Of a stretch of 64,000 nt of DNA, positions 17,162 through 26,730 are shown in pieces. The position numbers and the translations under genes were made by a program. The stretch's first letter is position 1; each line of letters opens with the position of its first letter. Origin of the DNA: Armatimonadota bacterium (GTDB lineage Bacteria > Armatimonadota > Fimbriimonadia > Fimbriimonadales > GBS-DC); contig JAIMAN010000004.1 in assembly GCA_023511915.1 (NCBI GenBank), positions 7,881-71,880 of the forward strand. Direction: 5' to 3'. The notes under the pieces were generated by a model. The model was not told where the DNA came from. It did not search any database and was given only the letters and a program-made list of their open reading frames with translations.

Positions 17162-18184
17162 CTAAGTATCGGATTCGGTCGTCTCACCTCGCAGCGTGCA
17201 GAAGGTCGCAGGGTCTAAAAAGGCGTCCACGACCTGCGGGTCGAACTGCTTTTCGCGTTCAGCGCGGAGCGTCTCGATGGCTTGCTCGTGCGACAGGGCG
17301 GGTCGGTAGGGGCGGTCGTTGGTCATGGCGTCGTAGGCGTCCACGACGGCGACGATGCGTCCCCAGAGGGGGATGTCTTCGCCGCGCAAGCCCTGCGGAT
17401 AGCCCGCGCCGTCCCAGCGTTCGTGGTGCGTGAGGGCGATTGTGCGCGCCATCAGCACCACAGGATTCGTGCAGCCCTCCAGAATCCGCGCGCCGATTTC
17501 GGTGTGCTGCTGCATCACTGCCCACTCCTCGCGGGTAAGTGGCGCGGGCTTGCGCAAAATTGCGTCGGGCACGCCGATTTTGCCGACATCGTGCAGCGGC
17601 GCGGCATGGCGCAACTCAAACAGCCGCTCCTCGTCCAGCCCCAGCACGCGCCCAATCTGCTCGCTGAGCCGCCCGACGCGGATAATGTGCTGCCCTGTGG
17701 TGTCGTCGCGGTACTCGGCGGCGCGCGCCAGTCGCTCCAGCGTCTCCAATCGCGCCAACTCCAACTCGCGCTCGCGCGTCTGATACAAACGACGCATCTC
17801 CAAGTAGTTCCGAATGCGCAGCAACGCCTCCGTGATGTCGAACGGCTTGTTCAAAAAGTCCGACGCGCCCGCCGCCAACGCGCTGTGCCGAATCGCAGGC
17901 GCGATGTCCGCCGTCAGCACAATCACAGGGATAATCTCGTCCGCATGGGTCATGCGCAGGTGACGAATGACATTCGCGCTATCATCAGCCCCTAAATGCC
18001 AGTCCAACAGCACCAAATCAGGACGCGCCGAGTCCAGACGCAGAATCGCTTCGGCGACACTGCTTGCCGTCAACACGCGTTCGAATCCCGCCTCGCGCAA
18101 CAAAACCGATAAAAACTCCAACGCGCTCGGCTCATCGTCCACGATCAAGATTATCGAGTCATGATACCGTTGACTCTTGAGCAT
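17162..18184 (-). CDS. Response regulator receiver domain fused to an HD-GYP domain (c-di-GMP phosphodiesterase type)
   Basis: REC domain: ILIVDDEP...DLVLLDWHLG...LNKPF. HD-GYP domain: HIIRVG...PLHDVGKIGVPD...HHERWDGAGYPQGL. Confidence 0.85.
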   Translation of the reverse strand: MLKSQRYHDSIILIVDDEPSALEFLSVLLREAGFERVLTASSVAEAILRLDSARPDLVLLDWHLGADDSANVIRHLRMTHADEIIPVIVLTADIAPAIRHSALAAGASDFLNKPFDITEALLRIRNYLEMRRLYQTRERELELARLETLERLARAAEYRDDTTGQHIIRVGRLSEQIGRVLGLDEERLFELRHAAPLHDVGKIGVPDAILRKPAPLTREEWAVMQQHTEIGARILEGCTNPVVLMARTIALTHHERWDGAGYPQGLRGEDIPLWGRIVAVVDAYDAMTNDRPYRPALSHEQAIETLRAEREKQFDPQVVDAFLDPATFCTLRGETTESDT

Positions 18185-18364
18185 ATGCCCACCAACCCAA
18201 TACTGAGCCTGCGCGCATCCTGCACTGGATTGCTCCTTGCGCTCAGTGCCCTTAATTAATTATACCGATGCCGATTCCTGCTACTTTTGGGGGGAATCGG
18301 GGGCAAAATTGGGGTATTTTCTCTCAAGAGGCGCCACGAAGCACGGACACAGACAGAATCCCAG

Positions 18365-19291
18365 TTAGCTCACCTCGCCCTTCGTGATTTGCATAAACAC
18401 ATCCTCAAGGTCAAGCGACTCCTCGCGGAAGGCGGCGATGCGGAACCCGTCGCGAATCAGCGCGGCGAGTAAGTCTGCCTGCTCTTCCAGCCCGCCCGCG
18501 AAATGCACATACAGACTGCCGTTGCGCGTTTCGACGCCATGCACATGCGATTCGCGCTCCAGCCGCTGGATGAGCGCGTCGGGCTCGCCGAGTGGTCTAA
18601 TCTCCAGCACGCGGTTCGCCTGCAGCTGCGCCACAATCTCGTCCACCGCGCCCCACACAAGCAGCTCGCCCTTCTCGATGATGCCGATTTTGTTGCAGAA
18701 GTCCGCCAGTTCGGGCAGGATGTGCGAGGAGACCAGCACGATTTTGCCCATCGCGCCCAGCTCGCGGATGAGTTCCTTGATCTCGATGCGGGCGCGCGGG
18801 TCTAACCCCGACGCAGGCTCGTCCAACAGCAACAGAATCGGGTCATGCACGAGGCTCTTGGCAAGGCACAGCCGTTGCTGCATCCCCCGCGAGAGCGTCT
18901 CCACATAGGCGTCCTTTTTGACCGTCAGGTCGGTCAGCTCCAGCACATTGTCGATAATCGCCGCGCGCTGCGCTTTGGGGATTCGGTACGCCGCCGCGAA
19001 GAACTCCAGATACTCGGTCACGGTGATGCCCTCGTACAAGCCGAAGAAGTCGGGCATATAGCCCAGCAGCGGGCGCACCTCTTCGGGATGACGCACGATG
19101 TCGATGCCGTTCAGCGTCGCCGTGCCCGCCGTCGGCTCCAGCAGCGTCGCGAGCATCTTGATGGTCGTCGTCTTGCCCGCGCCGTTCGGTCCAATAAAAC
19201 CGAACACATCCCCAGGATAGAGCTGGAACCGAATATCGCGCACGGCGACCAGCTCCCCATACTCCTTGCGTAGCCCTTGCACATCCAGCAT
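18365..19291 (-). CDS. ABC transporter ATP-binding protein (ABC-2 subfamily partner)
   Basis: Start moved to the ATG at 19291. Walker A GPNGAGKTT, signature LSRGMQQRL and Walker B LLLLDEP, plus a C-terminal domain of about 90 aa. Confidence 0.9.
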   Translation of the reverse strand: MLDVQGLRKEYGELVAVRDIRFQLYPGDVFGFIGPNGAGKTTTIKMLATLLEPTAGTATLNGIDIVRHPEEVRPLLGYMPDFFGLYEGITVTEYLEFFAAAYRIPKAQRAAIIDNVLELTDLTVKKDAYVETLSRGMQQRLCLAKSLVHDPILLLLDEPASGLDPRARIEIKELIRELGAMGKIVLVSSHILPELADFCNKIGIIEKGELLVWGAVDEIVAQLQANRVLEIRPLGEPDALIQRLERESHVHGVETRNGSLYVHFAGGLEEQADLLAALIRDGFRIAAFREESLDLEDVFMQITKGEVS

Positions 19292-19302
19292 AGCCAACTC
19301 CC

Positions 19303-20175
19303 CTACTTCCGCCAAGAGATTTTGACGCCGCGATAGGCGAATCCTGCAAATAGCGCCGCCAGCCCCAGATACATCGCGCTTTGGGCAAAGCCCCAGAGCA
19401 TGTAGCGCAGCGCGTTCGCATAGGCGTCCCAGCCTTCGGCGTTCCACCACCATGCGGGAACCGCAGCCATATACTCCAGCTGTGCTGATGCATAAAAAGG
19501 ATTGGCGTAGATGATGAGCGAGCCGTTCAAAAGGGAAATGACCCACGCGAGGAAGCCGTCCCTGTAGTTCTGCACCCACTCGATGGCGCTTTGCCCTGGT
19601 CCCATTTCTCCTCCGCTAAACAGCGCGTAGAGGAACGGGAACAGCATCAGCACGAACACCTGCCCCGCATACAGCGTGGCGGCGGTCGTGAGCGTGCGCT
19701 TGAGCTTGAACGAGAGCCACAGTCCAACCGACACGAGCAGCGCGCCCCAGCTAAACAGCACGATGAACGCCGCCACGATGACATAGGTCGTTGCACGGTG
19801 CGTGGTCAGCAAAAACGGCGCGAACAGCAGCGTGGTCAGCGCGACCCGCGCGAGCGCCGCGCCGTACTTGCCCCAGAAAATCTCGCGCGCCGTCAGCCGC
19901 GTGAGCGCAAGCGACTCCCAAGTCTGCTTCTCGTACTCCAGCGAGAACAGGTTGTACGCCATCAGCGGCGCAGCGATACACATTACAAACAGCGCGAGTC
20001 CCAGCGTGGTAATCATCCCCGCCTCGTTGAAAACCGTCAGCTGCAGCACGAGCAGGTACACCAGCCCTATCCCCAGCACCGCCGCGCCGTACAGCCACGG
20101 TTGGCGTCGCCAGCGGTGGCGCGTCGCGCCCAGCAGGTGATAGCGCAGCAGCGGGTTCTCGCGGAGCGTTCTCAT
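19303..20175 (-). CDS. ABC-2-type transporter permease
   Basis: 290 aa with about six hydrophobic helices. Sits immediately upstream of the ATPase gene and overlaps the upstream gene by ATGA. Confidence 0.6.
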   Translation of the reverse strand: MRTLRENPLLRYHLLGATRHRWRRQPWLYGAAVLGIGLVYLLVLQLTVFNEAGMITTLGLALFVMCIAAPLMAYNLFSLEYEKQTWESLALTRLTAREIFWGKYGAALARVALTTLLFAPFLLTTHRATTYVIVAAFIVLFSWGALLVSVGLWLSFKLKRTLTTAATLYAGQVFVLMLFPFLYALFSGGEMGPGQSAIEWVQNYRDGFLAWVISLLNGSLIIYANPFYASAQLEYMAAVPAWWWNAEGWDAYANALRYMLWGFAQSAMYLGLAALFAGFAYRGVKISWRK

Positions 20176-22130
20176 AGCGCATCGCCCTCCAACGGCAGGT
20201 TCACGATGTAGACCACCTCCGCCGCGCGTTCGGTCGCCTCGCCCAGTTCAGGCGGCAACACAGGCTCCGACGCGCGGGCAATCAGCAGCGCGCAGGGCGC
20301 GTCCTTGCGCTCCTCCAGCATCAGTTGCGCCAGCTGGTCAGGCGACAGCGCAGCGACAAGCTCCCAGCCGTTGCCCCCGAATGCGCTGAACGGCGGGGCG
20401 GGAATCAGCGGCTCGTTGCGCAGCGTTTGTGCCCCGCGCGCCCCCAGCGAACCGATGTTCACGGAGCCATACGGGGTCAGCACCCGCGCCTCGCGCAACT
20501 CGTAAGGCAGGCGGTTGCGCACCGTGCCCGATAGTCGCCACTCCCCGTTGCGCTGCGTCAGGCGCAGGCTGCCCTCAATCTGCCCCTGCAGCTGCACCGT
20601 GCGTGTGTAGCGGAACCACTGGAAGCTCAGGTTCGACACGCGGTAGCCGTCCACGCGCTTCGGGTCGCCCTCAAGCGTGCGCACGACGGTCGTCTGCCCG
20701 AATCCCGCGCCGCGCTCGTCGGCGACGCCCGCCTCGACCATGTCGCTCTGGTCGAACTGCAGGTCAAACACCCCAGCGCGGGGGAAGAAGAAGAGCGCGC
20801 TGTTGACGGCGTAGGCGTCGGGGCTGCCCGCCTGCGCAATCAGCACGGTCTGCACCTTGCTGGAGAGCGACTTGCGGTACAGCCCGCCCGCCAACTGCCA
20901 CAGCACGCCCACAAAGACCAACGCAATCAGCGGTGTGGTCAGCCACGCCCAGTCCAGCGCACGCAGCCGCTTCAGGGTCCAGTAGTTAATCGGCACGACC
21001 AGCATAAAGTACGCGCCCAGCAGCGCCACAATCAGCAGTACGCTGGGCGGGTCGATGTCGGCGTCGATGTCTATCGTTGCCTGACCCGACCATCGGTCTA
21101 CGGCGTAGCCCGACTGACCCATGTGCAGGGCGGCGATGTTGAAACTGGGCGGGTAGCCCGCCGTAGCGTTCACCAGTTGCTGCCAGAATCGCACGCGGGC
21201 GTCGTAGGCGTTCATCGGTCGCTCCAGCGGGTTGAACGCCAGAAAGACCACCGCGCCCAGTCCGTAGGGGCGCACAGCAATCAGCGGCTGCCCGTCTTGC
21301 TGCAGGAGGGCGTTGCCTGCGGTTAGGCGCGCCTGCGTGAGGGTTGCGCCGCCTGTTGGGGGGCGCACGCCCAGCCAGTTGCCCAGCGCGGTCAGCTGCG
21401 CCACTTCGCGCGTGCCTTGCGGCTGGATGGGCAACAAATCGCGCAGCGCGGGCGACTGCAGGTAGACCGCGCCCGCGCCGCCCGAAGCGACCAGCGTGCC
21501 GCCCATCAGCGCCCACTGGCGCAACGCCGCCCACTGCTCCGCCCGCAGCCGCTCCGCCCCCGAAGTCAGCACAATCAGCTGCGCCCCGCTCAGCGCAATC
21601 GCCTGCTCGGGGAACAGCTCAGGCGTGCAGTAGGCGACCTCGTACACGCCCTGCATCGGGCGGTTCGTGCGAAAATCGAGCATGAACGGGTTCCTGACGC
21701 CGCGCACCTGTTTGAGCACCTGCAGCCCGCCAATCGCGTCGCCGACCACCACCGCCAGCTGATCCACATCCAGCACGCGCTCGATGGGCAGGCGCGTCTC
21801 CACGCCGACGCCGCGCGCCTCGAAGCGGATGACCGCCAAGTCGCCGTAGCGCCCCACAATCGGCGTGGCGACCACCACCTTGCGCGAGCCTGCGGGCAGG
21901 TCAATCGGATACAGGTACTCGCGCCTGCTGCCGAACCCGCCGACCGACACGCGCAGGATGCCCTGATAGTTGCCCCGCCGCGACTCAAGCTGCACAGCAA
22001 TCGGGAACGCGCCGTTGGCGGCTGGCGCCCTGCCCAGCAGCGGCGTCGCCTTAATCTCCACGGGCGGTTGCCCCCACGCGCTTAGCAGCAGCGCCCCCCA
22101 AAGCCCCAAGCGAACTACCCAACGCCTCAT
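20172..22130 (-). CDS. Hypothetical signal-anchored protein with a central TM pair, co-operonic with the ABC-2 transporter
   Basis: Signal peptide MRRWVVRLGLWGALLLSAWG. The segment LIVLTSGAERLRAEQWAALRQWALMGGTLV is reminiscent of GATase1-like ABC-auxiliary or ThuA-type domains. Two TM helices lie near residues 375-430. Confidence 0.4.
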   Translation of the reverse strand: MRRWVVRLGLWGALLLSAWGQPPVEIKATPLLGRAPAANGAFPIAVQLESRRGNYQGILRVSVGGFGSRREYLYPIDLPAGSRKVVVATPIVGRYGDLAVIRFEARGVGVETRLPIERVLDVDQLAVVVGDAIGGLQVLKQVRGVRNPFMLDFRTNRPMQGVYEVAYCTPELFPEQAIALSGAQLIVLTSGAERLRAEQWAALRQWALMGGTLVASGGAGAVYLQSPALRDLLPIQPQGTREVAQLTALGNWLGVRPPTGGATLTQARLTAGNALLQQDGQPLIAVRPYGLGAVVFLAFNPLERPMNAYDARVRFWQQLVNATAGYPPSFNIAALHMGQSGYAVDRWSGQATIDIDADIDPPSVLLIVALLGAYFMLVVPINYWTLKRLRALDWAWLTTPLIALVFVGVLWQLAGGLYRKSLSSKVQTVLIAQAGSPDAYAVNSALFFFPRAGVFDLQFDQSDMVEAGVADERGAGFGQTTVVRTLEGDPKRVDGYRVSNLSFQWFRYTRTVQLQGQIEGSLRLTQRNGEWRLSGTVRNRLPYELREARVLTPYGSVNIGSLGARGAQTLRNEPLIPAPPFSAFGGNGWELVAALSPDQLAQLMLEERKDAPCALLIARASEPVLPPELGEATERAAEVVYIVNLPLEGDAL

Positions 22131-22169
22131 GGCGACCGTAGTATACGCAACAGGCGAAGGGATTCCTGC

Positions 22170-22742
22170 TTAATTCGCGGGCGCGTCGGCGGTTCCGAAA
22201 CGGCTATACAGCCACGCGACGCCAATCAGCGCAAGCCCCAGCCCCGCGAAACTCAACGCGCGGTAGGGCATCTGCAGGAAGCCCAAGTCGTACAGGAACA
22301 GCTTGCAGGTCGTCAGCGCGAGCATGCCCAGCCCCATCAGCAGCGCGCCGCCCACATAGCCCAGCGTCAGGCGACCTGCAGGCGAAAGCTGCGTCCACGC
22401 CCAGCCCAGAAAGAACGCCGTCGCCAAAAACAGCAGCGTCAGCCCCGTATAGAGCGCGACCTTGCCGCCCAGCACCCGCTCGAACGATTGCGCCTCTTCG
22501 TCCAGCGGCGTCGCTGGGGGCGGGGGCGCAAGGGACAGCTCAGGGCGGACGCGGGTCGCGGCAGTCGGTTCAGGACGAATGGGGGTCTCGGCGGTCGGTT
22601 CAGGGCGAACACGCAGGTTCGCCCCCACATCGGGTTCACGCGATTCGCGCGTCAGTTGCTCCTCCAGCGCGCGCACGCGATAGCTCAGCCGATACAGCTC
22701 CGACTTAATCGCCTCCAGCTCGCGGCGAGTCTCGTCAGTCAT
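22170..22742 (-). CDS. Short DUF2339-like membrane protein with tandem Pro-rich repeats
   Basis: AGGAGG SD. N-terminal coiled coil (ELEAIKSELYRLSYRVRALEEQL), repeats RVRPEPTAETPIRPEPTAATRVRPE, then hydrophobic helices ending in KLFLYDLGFLQMPYRALSFAGLGLALIGVAWLY. Confidence 0.45.
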   Translation of the reverse strand: MTDETRRELEAIKSELYRLSYRVRALEEQLTRESREPDVGANLRVRPEPTAETPIRPEPTAATRVRPELSLAPPPPATPLDEEAQSFERVLGGKVALYTGLTLLFLATAFFLGWAWTQLSPAGRLTLGYVGGALLMGLGMLALTTCKLFLYDLGFLQMPYRALSFAGLGLALIGVAWLYSRFGTADAPAN

Positions 22743-22828
22743 GATGTGCCTCCTGAATCGAGATACTGTCTGCCCGCGTCGCCTGTTGCGGGACTTAAGT
22801 CCCGATTCGGCGCACGCGCCCGCACCCC

Positions 22829-22858
22829 TTGACGCGCTGAACGCCGAGTAGGTATACT
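22829..22858 (+). promoter_or_regulatory. Candidate sigma70 promoter of the atp operon (TTGACG-N18-TATACT)
   Basis: TTGACG at 22829-34 and TATACT at 22853-58. A GAAGGAGA SD and the GTG start of atpB follow. Confidence 0.5.
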
Positions 22859-22894
22859 ATGGGCGTCTAAGGACGGCGAAGGAGACGCGCATCT

Positions 22895-23650
22895 GTGGAC
22901 GGACAGCTGAACGCGCTTTGGGTATGGACGCAGACGGGCATAGGGGCGAATATACCGCCGCCCGTTTTTTCTGTGCTATCGGGTATCGCGGCGCTCGCAT
23001 TGCTGCTGGTTGCTCTCGCAGCAACCCGCAACATGCAGCGTCGTCCAGGATGGTTGCAAAACCTTGCGGAGATTACCTACGAATTCTTTGACAACCTCGC
23101 CGTCAGCGTCGTGGGCGAACACGGACGCAAGTATGTGCCGCTCGCAGGCACGATTTTCCTGTTTATCCTGTTCAGCAACCTCATGGGCTTGATTCCGCCA
23201 GGAATTGCCCCCACCGCCAGCCTGAACACCACAATCGCCCTTGCGCTGATTGTGATTGTGTATGTGCAGTATGAGGGTATTCGTGCGCGGGGGCTGGGCG
23301 GCTACTTGAAGCACTTCGCGCGCTGGGGCGAAGTGCCCGTGCTGCTGTCGCCGCTGCTGTTCGTCATCGAAATCGTCAGCGAGTTGGCGAAACCCGTCTC
23401 ACTCTCGATCCGTCTGTACGCCAACATGTTCGGCAAGGAGCAGGTCACGATGGCGCTGATTACCGCGCTGGCGATGCCCCTGTTCAAGGCGACCTTCATC
23501 CCCTTGCCGATTCAGTTCCCTGTGCTGCTGTTAGGCGTTCTGGTGGCAGGCGTGCAGGCGTTTGTGTTCTCGATTCTAACGCTGATTTACCTCGCGTTGG
23601 CGACAGAGCATCATGAGGAGCATCACGGCGAGCATGCGCATGCGCACTGA
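22895..23650 (+). CDS. atpB: F0F1 ATP synthase subunit a
   Basis: LSIRLYANMFGKEQV contains the essential Arg motif. Polytopic membrane protein, first gene of the atp cluster. Confidence 0.9.
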   Translation: MDGQLNALWVWTQTGIGANIPPPVFSVLSGIAALALLLVALAATRNMQRRPGWLQNLAEITYEFFDNLAVSVVGEHGRKYVPLAGTIFLFILFSNLMGLIPPGIAPTASLNTTIALALIVIVYVQYEGIRARGLGGYLKHFARWGEVPVLLSPLLFVIEIVSELAKPVSLSIRLYANMFGKEQVTMALITALAMPLFKATFIPLPIQFPVLLLGVLVAGVQAFVFSILTLIYLALATEHHEEHHGEHAHAH

Positions 23651-23720
23651 GACGCTTTCCTCTGCTACAGAGGAGCCGCCGCAGGGAGTTGCGGCAATAC
23701 ACTAAACAAGGAGGAACACT

Positions 23721-23984
23721 ATGGAAGTAGGTACTGGGCTGTATCTGATGGGACTGGCGTTAGCCGTCGGCTTGGGCTTGCCGCTGGCAGTCATCGGCGC
23801 GGGTCTGGGTCAAGGGCGCGCGGTCGCGGGCGCGATGGAAGGGATGGCGCGACAACCCGAAATGGCAGGGCGCATCCAGACGGGTATGATCATCGGTCTG
23901 GCGTTTATCGAGTCGCTCGTGCTGTTCTCGTTCGTCATCTTCTTCCTGCTGCAGGGTCGCTTGCCGACCGTTAGCGGGCAGTAA
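23721..23984 (+). CDS. atpE: F0F1 ATP synthase subunit c
   Basis: 87-aa hairpin proteolipid: [22 protein letters not shown]...[27 protein letters not shown]. Confidence 0.9.
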   Translation: MEVGTGLYLMGLALAVGLGLPLAVIGAGLGQGRAVAGAMEGMARQPEMAGRIQTGMIIGLAFIESLVLFSFVIFFLLQGRLPTVSGQ

Positions 23985-23993
23985 TCACGGCGT

Positions 23994-24018
23994 CGGGAGG
24001 GGCAGTCCGCCTCTCCCG
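23994..24018 (+). promoter_or_regulatory. Intercistronic stem-loop between atpE and atpF
   Basis: 10-bp stem CGGGAGGGGC/GCCTCTCCCG (one G-U pair) with a 5-nt loop and no U-tract. It sits directly before the atpF SD. Confidence 0.5.
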
Positions 24019-24035
24019 CAGGAGGTTCACGGACA

Positions 24036-24596
24036 ATGCTCCAACTGTACCCGTATCTACCGAACCTGATCGGCGCGGCGGAAGGCGGCAAGGGCGGCGG
24101 ACTGCTCGAGCTGCTCGGAATCGACTTCAACATCTTGATCATTCAGCTGGTCGGCTTCCTCGTGCTGCTGTGGTTTATGACGCGCTATTTCTGGAAGCCG
24201 ATTAATGCGATGCTGGAGGCGCGCCGCCAAGACATCAACGCGACCTATGATAAGATTGAAGCTGACCGACGCGCGATGGAGCAGCTGCGCACGGAGTACG
24301 AGGCGCGTCTGGCGCAGATTGAGGCGGAGGCGCGTGAGCGCATCCAGCAAGCCGTCGGCGAGGCGCAGCAACTGCGCGACCAAATCGTCGCCGACGCGCG
24401 CCGCCAAGCCGACGACATCGTCGCACGCGCCCAAGAGCAGGCGAAACTGGAAAGCGAGAAACTGCGCAGCGAACTGCAAACATATGTCGCCGACCTGACG
24501 CTCGCGGCAACCGAACGGCTGCTGCGCGAGGCGATGACCGACGAACGCCACCGCCGACTGGTGCAAGAGTTCATCGAGACTGCGGAGGTGCGCTAA
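24036..24596 (+). CDS. atpF: F0F1 ATP synthase subunit b
   Basis: One N-terminal TM helix followed by a long charged helix (EARLAQIEAEARERIQQAVGEAQQLRDQIVADARRQADD). Position in the operon supports the call. Confidence 0.85.
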   Translation: MLQLYPYLPNLIGAAEGGKGGGLLELLGIDFNILIIQLVGFLVLLWFMTRYFWKPINAMLEARRQDINATYDKIEADRRAMEQLRTEYEARLAQIEAEARERIQQAVGEAQQLRDQIVADARRQADDIVARAQEQAKLESEKLRSELQTYVADLTLAATERLLREAMTDERHRRLVQEFIETAEVR

Positions 24597-25172
24597 ATGA
24601 CCGACCTGCGTGTCGCTCGACGCTACGCCCGCGCCCTGTTCGAAGTCGCGCTGAAGCAGGGACAACTGCAAGCAATCGCAGACGACTTGCGCAACCTACG
24701 CGGCATCATGCGCGAATCGGATGAGCTGCGCGCCTTCTTCTACAGCCCGCTCATCCCGCGCGACCGCAAGCGCGACCGCCTGCGCGAGGCGTTCCGCGAG
24801 CGCGTCCAGCCCCACACAATGCGCATGCTCGAACTACTCGTCGAAAAGCGACGCGAAAAAATGCTCGACGCCGTCTGCGACGAGTTCCAGAAACTCCAAG
24901 AGGCGCATCAAGGCATCGCACGGGCGCATATTCAGTCGGCGACCCCGCTCACCGACGCCGAACAGAACGCGCTCGTGCAGAAACTCCAGCAAAGCACGGG
25001 CAAGACGATTATCCCGACTTTCGAGACAAACCCCGAACTGATTGGCGGCGTGCGCGTGCGCATCGGCGACTACCAAATCGACGGCACGCTGCGCGGCGCG
25101 TTAGACCGCCTGCGCGACCACATCACGCTCGAAATCGAACGGCGCGGCGCACGCGCCACCAGCACAGAGTAA
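24597..25172 (+). CDS. atpH: F0F1 ATP synthase subunit delta (OSCP)
   Basis: [14 protein letters not shown]-terminus and the C-terminal [22 protein letters not shown] motif. Confidence 0.85.
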   Translation: MTDLRVARRYARALFEVALKQGQLQAIADDLRNLRGIMRESDELRAFFYSPLIPRDRKRDRLREAFRERVQPHTMRMLELLVEKRREKMLDAVCDEFQKLQEAHQGIARAHIQSATPLTDAEQNALVQKLQQSTGKTIIPTFETNPELIGGVRVRIGDYQIDGTLRGALDRLRDHITLEIERRGARATSTE

Positions 25173-25185
25173 GCGAGGTGCAATC

Positions 25186-26730
25186 ATGGCTATCCGACCC
25201 GAAGAGATTACCAGCATCTTAGCGAAGGAAATAGAGACCGCCGACGGCAAGCCGACCGCCGAAAGCGTCGGCACGATACTGCAGGTCGGCGACGGTATCG
25301 CCCGCGTGTACGGGCTGCCCGACGCGCAGATGGGCGAACTGCTGGAGTTCCCGCACGAGGTGATGGGCATGGTGCTGAACCTCGAAGAGGACAGCATCGG
25401 CGTCATCGTGCTTGGCTCCGACGAGGAACTCAAGGAGGGCGACCCCGTCAAGCGCACAGGGCGCATCGCCGAAGTGCCCGTCGGCAAGGCACTCTTGGGG
25501 CGTGTGGTGGACGCGCTCGGACGACCCCTCGACGGCAAGGGTCCCATCGTCGCCGACGAGTACCGCCGAATCGAGGTGATTGCGCCTGGCGTCATCACCC
25601 GCCAGCCCGTCAAGCAGCCCCTGCAAACGGGCATCAAAGCCATCGACGCGATGATCCCCATCGGGCGCGGGCAACGCGAACTCATCATCGGCGACCGCTC
25701 CACAGGCAAAACCGCCATCATTCTGGACACCATCATCAACCAGAAATACACGCACGAGACCGAAGGCGAGAAGCCTGTGTACTGCATCTATGTCGCCGTC
25801 GGGCAGAAGATGGCGGCAGTCGCGCGATTCATCGACACGCTGGAGCGCTACGGCGCGATGCAATACACCACCGTCGTCGTGGCGTCGGCGAGCGACCCGA
25901 ACAGTCTGCAGTACCTTGCGCCTTACGCAGGCTGCGCAATGGGCGAATACTTCCGCGACAACGGCATGGACGCGCTGGTGGTGTACGACGACCTGTCGAA
26001 GCACGCGCAGGCGTACCGCGCGGTGTCGCTGCTGCTGCGCCGACCGCCTGGACGCGAGGCGTATCCTGGCGATGTGTTCTACCTGCACTCGCGCCTACTG
26101 GAGCGCGCGGCGAAGATGTCCGACGCCTACGGCGGCGGCTCGCTGACCGCGCTGCCCATTATCGAGACGCAAGCGGGCGATGTGTCGGCGTACATCCCCA
26201 CGAATGTCATCTCCATCACCGACGGGCAGATTTACCTTGAGCCGAGCCTGTTCTACGCGGGTATCCGCCCTGCGATTAATGTGGGCATCTCGGTCAGCCG
26301 CGTGGGGGGCGACGCTCAAATCCGCGCTATGAAGCAGGTCGCGGGACGCCTGCGCCTGGAGATGGCGCAGTTCCGCGAGGTGCAGGCGTTCGCGCAGTTC
26401 GCCTCGGACTTAGACCGCGCCACCCAGCTGCAGCTGGCGCGCGGACTGCGCCTGCAAGAGGTTCTCAAGCAGCCGCAGTTCACCCCGATGCCCGTCGAGG
26501 AGCAGGTGATGATCATCTTCGCGGGCACACAGGGCTACATGGACGACATCCCCGTCGAAAAGGTACGCGCCTTTGAGGAGGGCTTCCACCCCTACATGCG
26601 CGAGAAGTACCCTGAGCTGGGCGAGAAAATCCGCCGCGAGAAGAAGCTCGACGAGGACACCGAGCGCACGCTGCGTCAAGCGATTGAGGCGTACAAGCAA
26701 CAGTTCCTGAAGGAGCACGGGCTGGCATGA
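25186..26730 (+). CDS. atpA: F0F1 ATP synthase subunit alpha
   Basis: [19 protein letters not shown] (P-loop), [44 protein letters not shown]. Confidence 0.95.
   Translation: MAIRPEEITSILAKEIETADGKPTAESVGTILQVGDGIARVYGLPDAQMGELLEFPHEVMGMVLNLEEDSIGVIVLGSDEELKEGDPVKRTGRIAEVPVGKALLGRVVDALGRPLDGKGPIVADEYRRIEVIAPGVITRQPVKQPLQTGIKAIDAMIPIGRGQRELIIGDRSTGKTAIILDTIINQKYTHETEGEKPVYCIYVAVGQKMAAVARFIDTLERYGAMQYTTVVVASASDPNSLQYLAPYAGCAMGEYFRDNGMDALVVYDDLSKHAQAYRAVSLLLRRPPGREAYPGDVFYLHSRLLERAAKMSDAYGGGSLTALPIIETQAGDVSAYIPTNVISITDGQIYLEPSLFYAGIRPAINVGISVSRVGGDAQIRAMKQVAGRLRLEMAQFREVQAFAQFASDLDRATQLQLARGLRLQEVLKQPQFTPMPVEEQVMIIFAGTQGYMDDIPVEKVRAFEEGFHPYMREKYPELGEKIRREKKLDEDTERTLRQAIEAYKQQFLKEHGLA

Noticed and set aside
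22540-22625. Short tandem DNA repeats that could have been a mini CRISPR or VNTR.
   Set aside because: Only two to three imperfect units are present, they lie inside a coding frame and they translate to a Pro-rich peptide repeat. There are no spacer-like unique segments.
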